Positions 50,170-63,211 of a stretch of DNA of 64,000 nt are shown piece after piece. Origin of the DNA: Sarea resinae (taxonomy: Eukaryota). The stretch's first letter is position 1. The number at the start of each line of letters is the position of its first letter. The position numbers and the translations under genes are program-made. The notes under the pieces were generated by a model. It searched no databases. It was given only the letters and a program-made list of their open reading frames with translations, and was not told the origin of the DNA. Location of the stretch: NCBI GenBank assembly GCA_026026165.1, contig JAPEUD010000008.1, forward strand, positions 186,001 through 250,000, written 5' to 3'.

Positions 50170-50208
50170 GATTCGTCGCCAGAGTCATCATCATCATCAT
50201 CGTCATAG
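47470..50208 (+). CDS. Mitochondrial pentatricopeptide-repeat-like protein, intronless
   Basis: N-terminus MRPALQRLLERPS resembles a presequence. Helical-repeat segments include IYTTIIPLLCQQGLYSEALRW, VWNSLLRTYLQTSNFPTAQRTFGEMRRRGV and WTEIIRRYGMTGRLHEL. Confidence 0.8.
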
Positions 50209-50964
50209 TTGGTTGGGTCCTGTGATCTGTTGTGCCGGATATCTCATATGAAGCACTGGTATCGCGATTCCAAGTCCATGGCTTCACGGGCGATAACGCC
50301 AGACCAGGGACTCACATTATCATCGTTCTATTTAACGACTACCACCAGATCCGATCAGGAAGCTCGGGGGCGCTTCTGGCGTCTACTATCTACCTATCGT
50401 CTTATGGGCTTTTTTCCATCCTGATATCATGAATATGAAATAGGGAATACATAGAGGCTAGGTAGATGGCAATCTATCTCACATGAATCTGCAGATTCGG
50501 ATATCTGTTGTATCGGTCCTTCATCTGTGGGCTTTGGCAAATGTAATGTGATAACGATCCTCGACATAAGAGTTCCGGAAATAAGTTGATCCTGAGCCTG
50601 ATCCTAATCCTGGGAGTCGGTACAGGTAGGTAAGTGGCGTATCATCTTTCCACAAGGAGTCAAAGAGATCTCAGAAGAGATCTCAGGTCTCACATCTTCC
50701 TGCGAGGGCACACGCCACACGGCCAAAAAAAAGGCAGACGTAAAAAACTTCGGTATGAAAAGAAAAGGGGAACATGGGCCCCTATTCTCTCATATCCAAT
50801 CATCCTTGGTGTTGATCTATCTACCTCATCTATCAAAATTCTAAGTGTCCAACGCTACGCTAACGCTATGCTATGCAATGCGGTACACGCACGGCATGCC
50901 CGTTCTTCCTCTTCCCTCGATCCAAAAACCCACATGCTGCCCTGTAGGGAACCCCAAAGAACGT

Positions 50965-52003
50965 CTACTTTCCGTAGACCTTGAGACGCTCCTCGAGCGG
51001 CTGGAAGGACTTCTCGCCGGCGGCGGCCGTCGGCTTGCCGAAGACGAGTTGCGCCTTCAGGCTCCACTCGGCGGGGACGTTCCACTCGGCTTGGATCTTC
51101 TGGTCGATCAGCGGGTTGTAGTGCTGCAGGTTGGCGCCGAGGCCTTCGGCTTCGAGGGCGGTCCAGACTATGGGGTGCGGTGGTGGTGGTTAGCTAGATG
51201 GTCTTGTCTTGGGGTGTGCGAATGATGGAGGCGAGGGGATTTGTTTCTGGTGGGGGAGGTGGGGGAGAGAGATGGGATGGAAGGCTTAGGCTTAGGCTTA
51301 CCAATGTATTGGTGGATGGCGCTGGTGTGCTCGGACCAGACGGGGAATTTGTCGGCGTAGAGGGGGAGTTTCTCTTGGAGAGCCTTGACCGGGGCCGGGT
51401 CCTCGAACCATAGGATCTGTGGTTCGGGAAGGGATGAATTAGCGCCTCATTGTCCACTGAAACTGGGGGGGGCTGGGGGGGGCCGGGGGGGTTGATGCTT
51501 ACAGTGCCGTATGCGTTCTTGAAGCCATTGATGCGCTGCTCGGTCGAGGGGAAGGCCTCGGCCGGCACGATGGCCTTCAGGATCGTCTTGGTCTCCTCCC
51601 AGAGCTTCGCGTGCTCTTTCTTGAGCAGCACGACGGCGCGCGTGGATTGCGAGTTGAAGGAGCTGGGCGCGCTCTTGATGGCCGTCTCGACGATCTCGAC
51701 GATGCGGTCGTCGGAGATGGGGCTCTCGGGGCTGAGGGTGTAGACGGAGCGGCGCTCCTGCACGGCCTCGATGAAGGATTTGGAGGCGGCCATTGTGGTG
51801 GTGCTGGACGAGAAGCTACGGTGTGCGGGAGTGGATGCTGTTGTTGGAAGTGTAGAAGTGGGGTGGTGACGGTGGTGAATTGAAGACGAAGATAAGAGGG
51901 CGAGAGCTCCGTTTTTGTAGCAGAAGGAGGGGGAGAACCTGGGCGCAGCTTGCAGCGGAATTCGTCCCACCATGGGGAGCGTCTTGACAAACAGCCCCGC
52001 CAT
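50965..52003 (-). CDS. Nitroreductase family protein (Frm2/Hbn1-like), 3 exons
   Basis: RRSVYTL, APSSFNSQSTR, AYGT|ILWFED, WSEHTSAIHQY, WTALEAEGLGANLQHYNPLID, AQLVFG. Introns at 51417-51502 and 51168-51301. A second in-frame ATG lies at 51793. Confidence 0.93.
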
Positions 52004-53661
52004 GATTATTCAATGCGCGACTATGCAAGTCAAGGTAAGGTAACAGCTAACGGGGAGAAGCGAAGGGGCCAGGTGCCAGCGGCAGTGGGGAACAGTTCGA
52101 CCCGTTTGGTGGTGGTGGTGTATAACGCGATCACGACTAATGATTATCGAGCAAGAAGAAAAATGATTTGCTCAATGGCGCAATGTCTCAACAGCGAGGC
52201 GGCTTTGAAGGGTGCGTGCAGCCGTCTTCTATTACGATGGAAGTCTCCTCGTCCCTTGCCCCTTAAAAAGGACAGCGGCTTGGGAGATCAGGGTCCCCCC
52301 TATGGGTAGACTCGGATCCCTGGCGGAGCGACATGATTCCGCCGCGGTGTGCTGTTTCGAGTGCCACCCTCTTCTTGCGCTTTGCAATTCTAGGGCGGAA
52401 GAAGCATCTTGCTGAGGCATCCCGCCGCGAAGAGAGCGAGGAGAGCGACGGGAGTCTGTCTATCAGCATCTTGCTCAGCTAAGCAATTCGCCATCCGGTG
52501 TGTTCGAGCGCGGAAGGTACTTCAGCAGAGCACGATGTCTTCGAAGCGTCGAGCCGGGGAGCGAGGGGAGGAGCGGACGTATCGACCGAGTCAGTCTAGT
52601 GCGGAAGAGGTCGTTGTCAGCATCAATCATCAAGCCCCGCCGGCACACCCGCACACCCCATCCCCGTGCGGGATCGTTCCGACCGGCTCACACATCAGAA
52701 ACATAGCATTCACTTTGGAGTACTACTGCGTAGAAGCAGAGAAGAGGAAAGAAGCTGCCCGATACGCATCGAAACCTTGAGACCAGGCAGATCACCTTCC
52801 GGTCGCACGAACCCAGGGATGCAGGCACACTCTCAATATATTCTTGACTCTTGAGCTCCCATTTCCTCCCCTTCGCATGTTCCCGTCGGCCCCGAGCATC
52901 ACTCCGAAGACCGAGAAGTCCAATCTCCTGAAGGTGCTCCGATAGAGCTGATACTCGAGTAGAGGACTCGGGATGAGAGCGAGAGCCTGATGTACCTATA
53001 CATCACGCAGTATGAAGGACTGTCCGGTCTATTTCAGTCGTGTCGTTCCCTCTTGCTTGCAGTCACGTGGCGTGGCCCTGGATCCTCCACATCCTGGATG
53101 CCCTGGGCTAGAGTACCAAGTACATACGATGGCGTGCAGTACCTCATCTTGTGCCAGGCCGCGCCGTCAGGTCAGGTAGTCTATTGTATCTCTGCCAGTA
53201 GGTACTTCAAACTCTCTCCTGCAGTAGAGTACCGTGGGCATCATGATGACTGCATAAGCCATCTCATGCAGGGACAATATCCATCGATGCTTACCTTAAT
53301 CTCGACCTCCCACGAACGCTCCTGCGCCAACTTCATTGCACCTTTTTGGTTTCGTCCTGAGCCCAGAGATTTCGGAATTTCCCTTGCCTGATCTGCCTTA
53401 TTCCATTCTCACCCCGAGCCATCATCTTGAAGCTTGTTGACGTCGTCCATGGCTTGATGACATGCTTTGTATGCTTCGCTGACGAGCAATGACTATGACC
53501 GACATTGGGACGCCCATGAAACTTTGGTTGAGAGATCATCATACTTTATCAGATATCGAAAGGCCTGTAACCTTATAGAAGAACATTCGCTCTGTCTGCT
53601 GAGTGCTCCCATACGCGCTGCCGTCGGTCTCCCTCTGTCATCATATTTACCCACTTCGAGC

Positions 53662-54303
53662 ATGCCCATCTCCCATTCTAACCAGGAGGCGATCCCTGCT
53701 GTGCCCAAGGTTGATTCCCTCCCAGAGATAAGACTTCGCCCGCCGGGTGATAGTGCCTTCCCACAGCCTGCCTTCGACCCTCCGTCAATCCAATGGCTTG
53801 CTGGAACTTGGCATGTCACTCACTCGACTCTCCCCATGTGGAAATCCAAACGAAATGTCCGCATCACATATACTCCTCTTCCGGCAGCGGATGCCCCACC
53901 GGCGCACACTGGTCGCATGGACGACCTTGTCACCTACCAATCTCTGTCCGGAACAAGCATCAAGACCGTCCATGGCATCGACAGGCCGAGTGAGCGGGCC
54001 GGCGGCGGCGCGTGGAAATGGCGCGGAACCGGCCTACTAGCCATTGCCTCGAGTAATTGGGAAGTCCTCGGATTCGACACAGGAGAGCATAATGCCCCAC
54101 CTGATCCATGGGTCGTGACTTATTTTGCGAAGACACTCTTTACGCCTGCTGGGATCGACGTATACTCTCGATCATCCGAGGGACTTCGCCCCGAGATCTT
54201 AGACGGTATCAAAAGAGCTCTCAGTAGCATCGGCAATAAGGAGTTGGAGCAATTGTCCGCCGGGCTGTTTGCGATACAACGAGATAAGGCCAGAGACGAT
54301 TGA
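53662..54303 (+). CDS. Conserved fungal hypothetical protein, possibly lipocalin/calycin-like
   Basis: GTWHVTHSTLPMWKSKRNVRITY, WKWRGTGLL..ASSNWEVLG and VTYFAKTLFTPAGIDVYSR. The N-terminal GxW motif suggests a calycin fold (inference). Confidence 0.8.
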   Translation: MPISHSNQEAIPAVPKVDSLPEIRLRPPGDSAFPQPAFDPPSIQWLAGTWHVTHSTLPMWKSKRNVRITYTPLPAADAPPAHTGRMDDLVTYQSLSGTSIKTVHGIDRPSERAGGGAWKWRGTGLLAIASSNWEVLGFDTGEHNAPPDPWVVTYFAKTLFTPAGIDVYSRSSEGLRPEILDGIKRALSSIGNKELEQLSAGLFAIQRDKARDD

Positions 54304-57300
54304 GTCTTCCGACTCATTCGGCGGCGGATATTCATCATGGAAGTCGCCATACTGTAAATTCCATCATCATTCCATCCCGTCTTAGACGGAACAGCATCCC
54401 GATGTCTTGTTCCGAGGTCCCAAGTCTCCGGGGCAGACCGAGCTTGGAACGGACGGGTCTTATTGGGCGTCAATTTTCCCAAGTATTGCGCTCCGAAGTA
54501 CTTTGTATTTGGATAGCACCTAGGTAGCCACCTTCAGAGTCCCGTTATCGCGTCATTATTGCCCTGGGAGTCTCCCATCCTGTCACATACCTTAGTCGGG
54601 GAAGTATCGTACCAAAATGCACAGCGACACCAGAGAAGAGCCTCGAGAGTACCTAATTGTTAGATGCTCTTACAGACATTGCCTGCCCATTATTATGCTA
54701 GATAGAAGGCGGCGAGAGACCAAGACATCAATATCGAACGCTACGCTCTCAGGGCTATCTTAGAGGTTCTACATTCTTGCACACGGCTGTGCAACGGTTG
54801 TACGGAGTAAGCCGAGTGCAAATCTTGTTCCTGGCTTCCTTCTCATAGATCGAGCGAAGCTCAGCACCTCTAGGGCTACAGAAGGTAGTTAGAGTGCCAG
54901 CATCACCCAACTATCGGTGGCCGTTACCGTGGACCATGACCAGGTTATTTACGAGTCTCCCTCAATGGCTGTCTTCCAATGAAGCCTTTGGCCAATGTCG
55001 CCTCATGCTCGGCGGTAATAGTCCCTTGATGAAGACTCGCCACCGAGTTGTTAGAGCTGGGCGCAAATTCCCCTCCGCCGGTCCAGGTCAAGACGTGAAG
55101 ATCTAAGGATACAAAAAGGAAACCTCCTCGGAATGGCCGATTGTATCACTATCCTTGAAATCACTCCTTCAAATCAGTGATAGATCTCGATAAGCGAAAA
55201 CCTCCTTCATGATTGACCAACATTCTGCCACCTATCAGACTTGGCCTTACCTAATAAATTCCGGTCGACGAAACAAACAGAGCACTTGGCAGGGCGGTGA
55301 TTGAAAATTCCGTCATCACGGTGGATCAGAGCCAGGATTTGGTGCAGTGGGTCGTCAACAGTTATGTTCTGCAGGGCGATGTTATTTCCTCGCCAATGAT
55401 ATCGAATCCCAATTGCTTGGGATTGAGGGGCATTTCCTGATTGAGACGAAATGTCCCGCTTCTCAAGGGCTGCATCCACCCCAGTATCCGTACCTGGCCG
55501 GTATTCCCTTCAGCCCGTTCAACCCCTCCTATGGGGATGGAGAGAACGCTTCCGGGAGAACCGTGAGTGTCTTGGCTGTCCAATTCGTACGTAGAGTACA
55601 TGGGAATAGGATTTTATCTTCTAAGGCATAGGGACGGTGATGCTTTTATATCGGCTAAATAATAGATGGCTTCGACACAAAGCAGAGACCTAATGTTCAT
55701 GCAAAAAGATCGAGGAATGAATGTCAATCCAGACGCCAACGATGCAGGTGGTAAGAGTCAGCGGCAACAACAATCGCAAGTAAGCGACCAGAAAGAATCA
55801 GCCGCTATCTCAGCAATCTGTAGCTACGAGATCGACAGCATCCCAAACGCCCTGTACTATGTAGTCGCTGTAGATGGATCCTGGATACGACGGGACAAAA
55901 CATGGGCGACTAGCCCAATCGACGAGCCGACGTCCGGCGTTTAGCGGGACGAACGACGGCCAAAGAGACGACGTAAACGAGAATTGATCCCACATGTGGT
56001 TGGCTGATCAGCCGGAGTGTTCGCCCCGCTCCGTCAGGTATTAGCGCCGTTATACCTCCAACTGGGCAGGTCCTAGTTTGTCTTACCTTCAGGCGTGGAT
56101 TATCTCGTACTTCGTCCTCCATTCAGCCGTCCATAGTAATCTGGAAGTTATCAGTGAGAAGCTACCGAAGGCACTTCTCTAGGAGGTAGCTTGGGCCTAG
56201 AGAAGGTAAAGTCGAGCCTTTGGCGTCGGGAAGCTATCGTTAGCAAGGTTCCCTCCAGGCTATCTTCCCGTGCCCCCCCTCTCTCGTCCTCCAAAATCGC
56301 CTTCACCTCCTCTCTATCAGGAAGCGTATCTGCCTCCAGCTCTTAGCTCTCTGACCTAAGCTGACCCCAAGCGAAGAGAACCAAGCAAATCACCTCCCTA
56401 AGCTACCTAGTTACTAACGTATGTCTCCTTTTAACGATGAGGGCCAACTCTGCCCCTAAAGGTGGGGAGCCCTTTGTGATGTGTGTTTTCAACTACCTAC
56501 CTTTCAGATAAGGGCTTATCATTAGGTAGGTAAGTAGGTAGGTAGCGATTGCTGTTTTCACTGCAGTGAAAGGATTGCAATACTGCGGCGGACCTTCAAT
56601 CACCGTCTACTGGTGAGGTGATGAGATCGCGATGTAAGCGCTCGAGCGGGTCGCTCTGGCCTCCCCACCCCAGGGATCACCATGAAGACTGACTCTCGAA
56701 ACTTACAATCCGGTCCGCTGTGAATGACCAGCAAGGCTCAGCTGCTAGATTGTCTTACCGATCTACCCTTTGCTACCCTCTACTCCGGAGTAGGTACCGC
56801 CCGCGTCGTTCGCGTGGTTCAAGTGGATCGACCTTGGCGAAGCCGGGACGAATGGCTCTTACCACAGTCGGAATAGCTGGCCAGAGGCGGGGCAGCAGTT
56901 GCTCCAGGGAAGTTCTTCTGACGTTCTCAATCGTTCCACCCACAATGCCCTATCATGGATCCATGTGAGGTAAAGGGTGCATCATCGGATTCGAGCCCAT
57001 TGCCTAGTAGGAACAGACGTCTACCGTACGTCAAACAGGTGGTCAAATGGTCAAAGCTCGATTCTTCAATGTCTGCCGTCGACCTCCGCCAGCCTAAGGC
57101 AGAGCTAGCATGTCTTCCGCCTGGGGATAGACCCAAAATGACTTCTTCTGAGCCGTGATTGATTTGAACCCTGACCCTGGTGTTCTATCCAAACTGGAGG
57201 GATCTCACATCCATCCCCTTCGTACGGTCTAAACGGTCCGAAGGGCCTGAACGGGTCTGACCGTGCTGTTTCTATTTTCCCATGTGCAATGATGCTGTCT

Positions 57301-57539
57301 CTATCTGCCTTAGCCTGCGCCCGTACGGCTAGCATGCTCACATTCGCCATTGACTGACCTCAAAGAAAGCTGGAGTATGCAGCGGCGCCAATCATCTCAC
57401 ATCGAATGGATAAGCCCCTTGCCACCTAGCGGTAAGCTACTGTCGGCACTGCGATCAGAGGGCACGATCACATCTTGCATATATTCCACCCTGGGCCTCG
57501 TTGCTGTCTTCCCATTTGACACTTTTCAGGGTAGCAAAT

Positions 57540-60446
57540 ATGTCTACAACCAGCGAGCAAAGGCGCGTGAGCAAATCCGGACGGTCCGTGCAGACATGCG
57601 ATGTGTGCAAACTTCGACATCAGAAATGCAATTCGGCTCGTCCGCGCTGCCATCACTGCGAGCTGAGGGATCTGGAGTGCGTGTACAGTAACACACCTGC
57701 TCACAAGATCGATCGTTCGGTAGCACGCAGGAAATCGTCTTCCGGGGATCTATCCACAGGCTCAGTGTCCGTCTATGCCATCGTGAGTGTTTGGAATTGG
57801 CTAATGGAGATCCTAGTTTTGGAAATGACAAGAAAATCTTTTGTGATGCAGAGTACCTTCGTCTGGGGGAAAAGATGATCAATGAAATTGTGAGTCTCTT
57901 GTGCGCGTCGTATTCTTTGATGTCTTCTCAGACTCAGGCCTGATCCCCAAAAAGGTCTCGAGCCTCGATCTCCCTTTCGAGAAGGCCAATCAGATTTGCA
58001 AGCTTCTTACGGAGAAGATCTTGAATACGAAGAGCCAAGTCACGGATCCTCTTGCAACAACACCATCGAAGGCTAGCATTCTCTCCCTCGCCAATGCCAT
58101 CCAACACATCTTCTCCAGTCGACGAGAACAACTTGCTCCAATGACTTGCGATCATGGGAATCAGCAACCCCATGATTTTGGCCTTGAAAGCGGCCATGCT
58201 GCTGTCCGTTATGTCCATGACCAGATCCCTCATGTCACACCGGAAAAGAAACCTCCTAGAGCGGTCGCTCAGCGCTATCTTGACGCTTTCCTCGAAGGTC
58301 ACAACAAAATCGTGTATGTGAGTACACCTGCAGACGCCCAACTACAATTCAATTGCCTCTATGAAGATCCTCGCCTCATCAGCCATGCTTGGGCATGTCA
58401 GACCTTTCTCCGGCTTGCTCTGGGGGCGCAGATTCTCGAGGAAGTGAACGAGAAACATAGCATTTCTCTATATGAGAGTGGCAAGGGTCTCATCGAAGAT
58501 GGGTTTGAGGAGAACGAGGGTGATCTCCTTTGGGTCGTTCAAGCAATGCTCCTCAGTGTTCTCTATCACATTGGGAGCAAGCCAAACACGAGCCGGATGT
58601 ACCTAGGTTGGTATCCATGAGCAGCCAATCAGACTATTTATTCATGGGAATTTAGGCACGGCGATCCGCATAGCGCAAAGTCACCACCTCGACAAGGAAC
58701 ATTATCAGCATCTGGACCTCTCCGAAGCAGACAGAGCAGAGTGGAGACAAATCATGCTATCAGCAGTTTTCCTAGACAAGTACTATAGCCAGACCCTTAA
58801 TTGTCGTTTGCTAATTCTCGCAGTTGGCTCGCTGCTGCCCTTGGCCGAGTACCTCTTGTAAACGAATACGATCTGAAACATCCCATCCTTAGAGTAAGTA
58901 AAGCCAATGTGCTAGTTTCCTGGACTTATTGACGATCATGAAGGATATCCATACCACGAACGGTCTTTATGACTGCTCTGTCCAGACAAAATTTGCTCAG
59001 TGGGGTGTCCTTGTTGGCCGCATCCTCGGTGAAATCTACACGGCGGAAGATGTGTGCTTAAGTGTTTATGACAAGCACATGAAGGCTGCCGAATCGTGGA
59101 TAGCACATCTACCTTCTGATCTACGAATCTCAACGGATTCCCAGGATTGGGAAGCCCGCTCCAAAGAAGATAAGGTTGCTATAGTACGTATCACCCCAGG
59201 ACGGCCCGGTCGCTTCTTGCTCACCACTGTATAGTCATTATTAGAGATGAGCCATTGTGCTCTCGTCATGCTCCTGACGCGGCCACTTCTACTGCAGTAT
59301 GTTACTTTAGATAGGGGTCAATCGAAATCGGCAAACGCATTAGGTGCTAGCCTTCAGTCCTACGCGCATGCTTGGTATGAGATATCTTTTCAATTATCAG
59401 CAACCCTAGCTAATACCAATCATTCTAGTGTCTATTTCGCCCTCAGAATCAGCCAAATTGGCTCCAAGCTTGTCAAACAACGCCTAATCTCCAACAAGTG
59501 CTGGGTTGTGATGTACGTATTCCATGAGAACTTCTTGTCTTCCGCTACTATTAAATAAATAACACAGTACAGATCCTTATCTTTCAATGCGTCTTTGATT
59601 CTTCTGCTTAGCTTGCTCGGGAATCCGAGTGAATCGGGAACCAATGGCAGATCGTTCAAGGAGGTCGTGGGCCAGGGCCACGAAACCTCCGGGCTTGATT
59701 CTATAACCGCGGTCCTCGAATACTGCTCTGAGAAGGATCTCGCTGCGCAGCAACGCTTGCGCGCGGTCAAAACATTACGGGAACAGATTATCACTAATGT
59801 CCCCGTACAGATTTGCTCCTCCACCAAGAGCTCGTTTGCGCATAATCAGAGCACCTTTAGGCATGAGGATATCCGAAGGGCGTCCTTGCCGCCGAACATG
59901 GCATTTTTCTCTGACTCTGCTTTGGCTCGTACTCACCGCGCATCAATTTCGGCTCCTGCATCATACCCCCTCTTCCCTCCCAAACCAACGCTCTCGGGTT
60001 CGCAATCAATGCCTTTCCTGAGCCACACAAACGGCCATCATCAATCCTTCGGACCCAATCTCAATCCAGACGCCTCGGAAATCTTCCCGGCCCAAGCGGG
60101 AGAATCTACCGATGCCGTCCTAGAGGAAGTGTCCGAGGCCCTTTCTCGTGGATTCATCGATCCAGCCACAAGCTTCTTGGTAGATCTCCCACGAACAACA
60201 AATTCATCACATCAATCCTCCACAAATGCCGAGGTCCAAGACATGGACTGGACCTTCCCAGTCTCCGTTCAGACGCCCTCATCCGAGGCATCCTCGTCCC
60301 AGACTACGTTCGGCTCGTTCGAGGAATTTGTCGATCCCAGGAAGGACATCCTTAAGAATTACTTCGATCCTGCTCCACGGGATTATCAGATGCAGCATAC
60401 GCCTGCCGTATTTCAGGATCATTACCAGCATATATATATGCCATGA
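57540..60446 (+). CDS. Zn(II)2Cys6 transcription factor with a fungal TF middle-homology region, about 9 exons
   Basis: QTCDVCKLRHQKCNSARPRCHHCELRDLECVY, followed by phase-consistent exons (AIRIAQSHHLD, LAAALGRVP, LLTRPLL). Example introns: 57890-57954 and 58894-58943. Confidence 0.85.
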
Positions 60447-61999
60447 CTTGAGTAGCCATGATGTTCGGCAGTCTACGCTCATGTTCGATTACAAAGGTTC
60501 TCGTTCAGCTGTGGATTTGAAGGGCTAAGGAAGGGACTATGGTGTCACTGGCTGACAGAGATAGTCTCGTCCCGGCAAAAAATCATGTACTCATATCTTC
60601 TTTTTTTGCACCGCCAAGCAGGAGGAGGGCATGATAATCATGTGTTCCTGTCCCTCCTCTCGTTCGCTTCTATGATCGGAATTATTGTTCCTTTGTTATA
60701 TTTTTCCGTTTAAACTCATCGGCTCACGCCATCTAGATGTAGCGAATAAACGTTTCTATTCTCTCTACTGTTTATCTGGAATTCTAAGATACCTGTCCAC
60801 TGCGGACGTAAGGGGGACAATCATTTTCGGCTTCCAATGCCTCGTCCAACTGCGATAGTAGACAATCCCCTTCAGGCCAACGGGATGCCGGAGGGGGCCA
60901 AGTCGGGTCATCCATCACTTGTCTCTCAAGGTGTGCCCCAACAGCAGGGTCCCAGGAACATATCTGATAGTGTATATGTGAAGCAATCACATCGGGCCAA
61001 CTAGATCTGGCCATCACATTCTTCTCCCGTGCATGGCCGCCCCGCATGAAAAATTGGTCAGCTGATGGGGGAGGCTGGCGAGCAGATTGGCGGGAATATT
61101 CGTCCTCGTACGCAGTAAACAGATCGCAGATGGTCAGTGCATTCGGTCCGATTCAAAACAGCAACGTACATAGTGGTAAACACACGCCCGTCTCATGTCA
61201 AGGACTGATTCCCCCTTCCCCTGTCCGTGAAGGCCGTCAAGAGGTAGTCTAGAAGATGGTTAATTGCCTATGTAGGCTCCGGGCCGAAGCTAGGGCGCGC
61301 GGTCCCTTTCACGAGGGCCAATCTGTATTTTCGGGGCTCACTTCTGTGATGTGACACAGATAACGGGGACGGGTCTGTACGAATAGGATAGATACCCGGA
61401 TGGTAAACGCTTCTCGTCAGGTAATGGCCGAAATGCCCTAAGACTTCCCCAACCCCTCCATATACGTGCACACACACTACTTTATTTCCACCTTCTCCTT
61501 TAAACATCTTTCGCAATACCCATGCCTCTTGTGCTTCGGCCATAGACGCTTGATCAAGATGAGCCTTGGACCATCCGCCCAGACCCTCACTTCCAGGGTT
61601 CTCGTCCCCACCAGGACGAGAGCATTGCTGCCAAGGTAGGATCATCGTCGCTTACCCTATCGCACTGCATCATATCATCATCAATCTTGCCCCTCTTTTC
61701 CCCCCCTCCCGTACCGGATCCCCGGGATCTGCGCCATCGTCCTAGCCCACCCTACCTCGTATCCACGCGAACCATAGCGCCTGCATCAGGCTAACAGACA
61801 TCCAAGTTCCTTTTCCTCTATCAGCTGCAGCGCTACGTCCAAATCAATTCACACAGTATTCCCGCCACTAGCAGCAGCACGACGAGCACGAGAACGAGCA
61901 CAAGCACGAGCATTGTTGTCTTCTGCCCCCGTCCCTGTCCGAGCTCGTAGATCATCATCGGTATCAACATCCGCACTCTTCCACACCACCGCTGTCAAC

Positions 62000-63211
62000 A
62001 TGTCAGAGTCTAAGCCATCTGACGCCACATTGGCGACACTCGAAACGCCGCCTCGATGCGTTGCGGATTTCTGTCTCGTGCCTGTACGTGGTGTCTGAGT
62101 TTCTATCTGGCTATTTACCGGATTGAGCCTTCTTTCTGTTCTTGTCATAATTTGCACATTTTGTATTTGGCCATCCGCCAATTTCCTAATTTAATTCGTT
62201 TGTCTATCTCTTAGCACTTCCGAGCCTACCTCTTCTCCTTACGCTTGAGCGTGAAAATGAGCTGAAGCGATTCTGTCTACTTTCTCTGTCTCTGCAATGC
62301 TCTTTCCCTCACGCTCTCTAGCCCAGAACGCAATATGAAGACACCCTGAAGCAAAAATTTCAGGTCCCCGGAATTAGCTAACGACAAGCCCTCAGATCGG
62401 AACCCCGACGCCCTCAGTCTCAGCCCAAGTAGCAGAAGTGCAGCGTCTGATCCAGAAGAGCAGCCTCACCTACTCGATGCACTCGGCCGGGACGACTGTT
62501 GGTCCGTGTCCCTTTTTTCTTTTTTTTTTGCAGCTTCCGACCATGACGTTTGTTTCCTGGTTTTTGTTTCACGGCCGATCTTGGCGGCAGCATTCTATCC
62601 TTGATAATATCTCTTCTCCAGCCCCTCCGTCCCTTCTCTCCCTAGAATCCCTTCCCCCCTCCCCTCCTTGTTCCCAATCGAAAGCAATCCAAATGACCCA
62701 ACAATGTTTAACAAACCCCGCGACGACACAGAAGGTTCCTGGGACGAAGTAATGAATCTAATCGGGCGCGCGCATACCCTCCTCCACTCGCAGGGTATCC
62801 TGCGCATCCAGACGGACATCCGAGTAGGATCGCGGTAAGTCCCACCTTCTATTTGCTCTGCCTCTCAAACCATCCCGTTCTCCCTTCGGCTCTGTATACC
62901 CTGCATTTGATTTATCTGTTCCTCCCTTTACTTCCCTTGACAAGAGATGGCGCGCACGCCACGGGCCGACTGCTCATCCCCTCCCTCGCTCCCTCCTTTC
63001 GCACCATGAAAGCCTCGTCTTATTCTTGAATGATGCCGTGTCTTACCACGCGAGCATGGGACCCTCACTCAGCTCACCGCCAAAACCCCCAATCGCCTTC
63101 CCAAATTACCGGCTCACCGACTGACATGCTCCTCCCAGAACGGACAAAGACCAGCATTTCCACGAGAAGGTGGAGAAGGTGAACATGCTCCTCGCACAAG
63201 ACAAGAAATGA
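62000..63211 (+). CDS. ECM15: Thiamine-binding protein / UPF0045 family (Ecm15-like), 121 aa, 4 exons
   Basis: CVADFCLVP|IGTPTPSVSAQVAEVQR..YSMHSAGTTV|EGSWDEVM..IGRAH..RIQTDIRVGSR|TDK. Introns at 62084-62395, 62502-62731 and 62835-63138. Confidence 0.88.

Noticed and set aside
62084..62130. TPP riboswitch in ECM15 intron 1 (GGTGTCTGAG...), and GGATAATACTGCG near 45640
   Set aside because: The aptamer's CTGAGA...ACYTGAT.NGNTAATNCNNGCG arrangement and pairing stems are not present.
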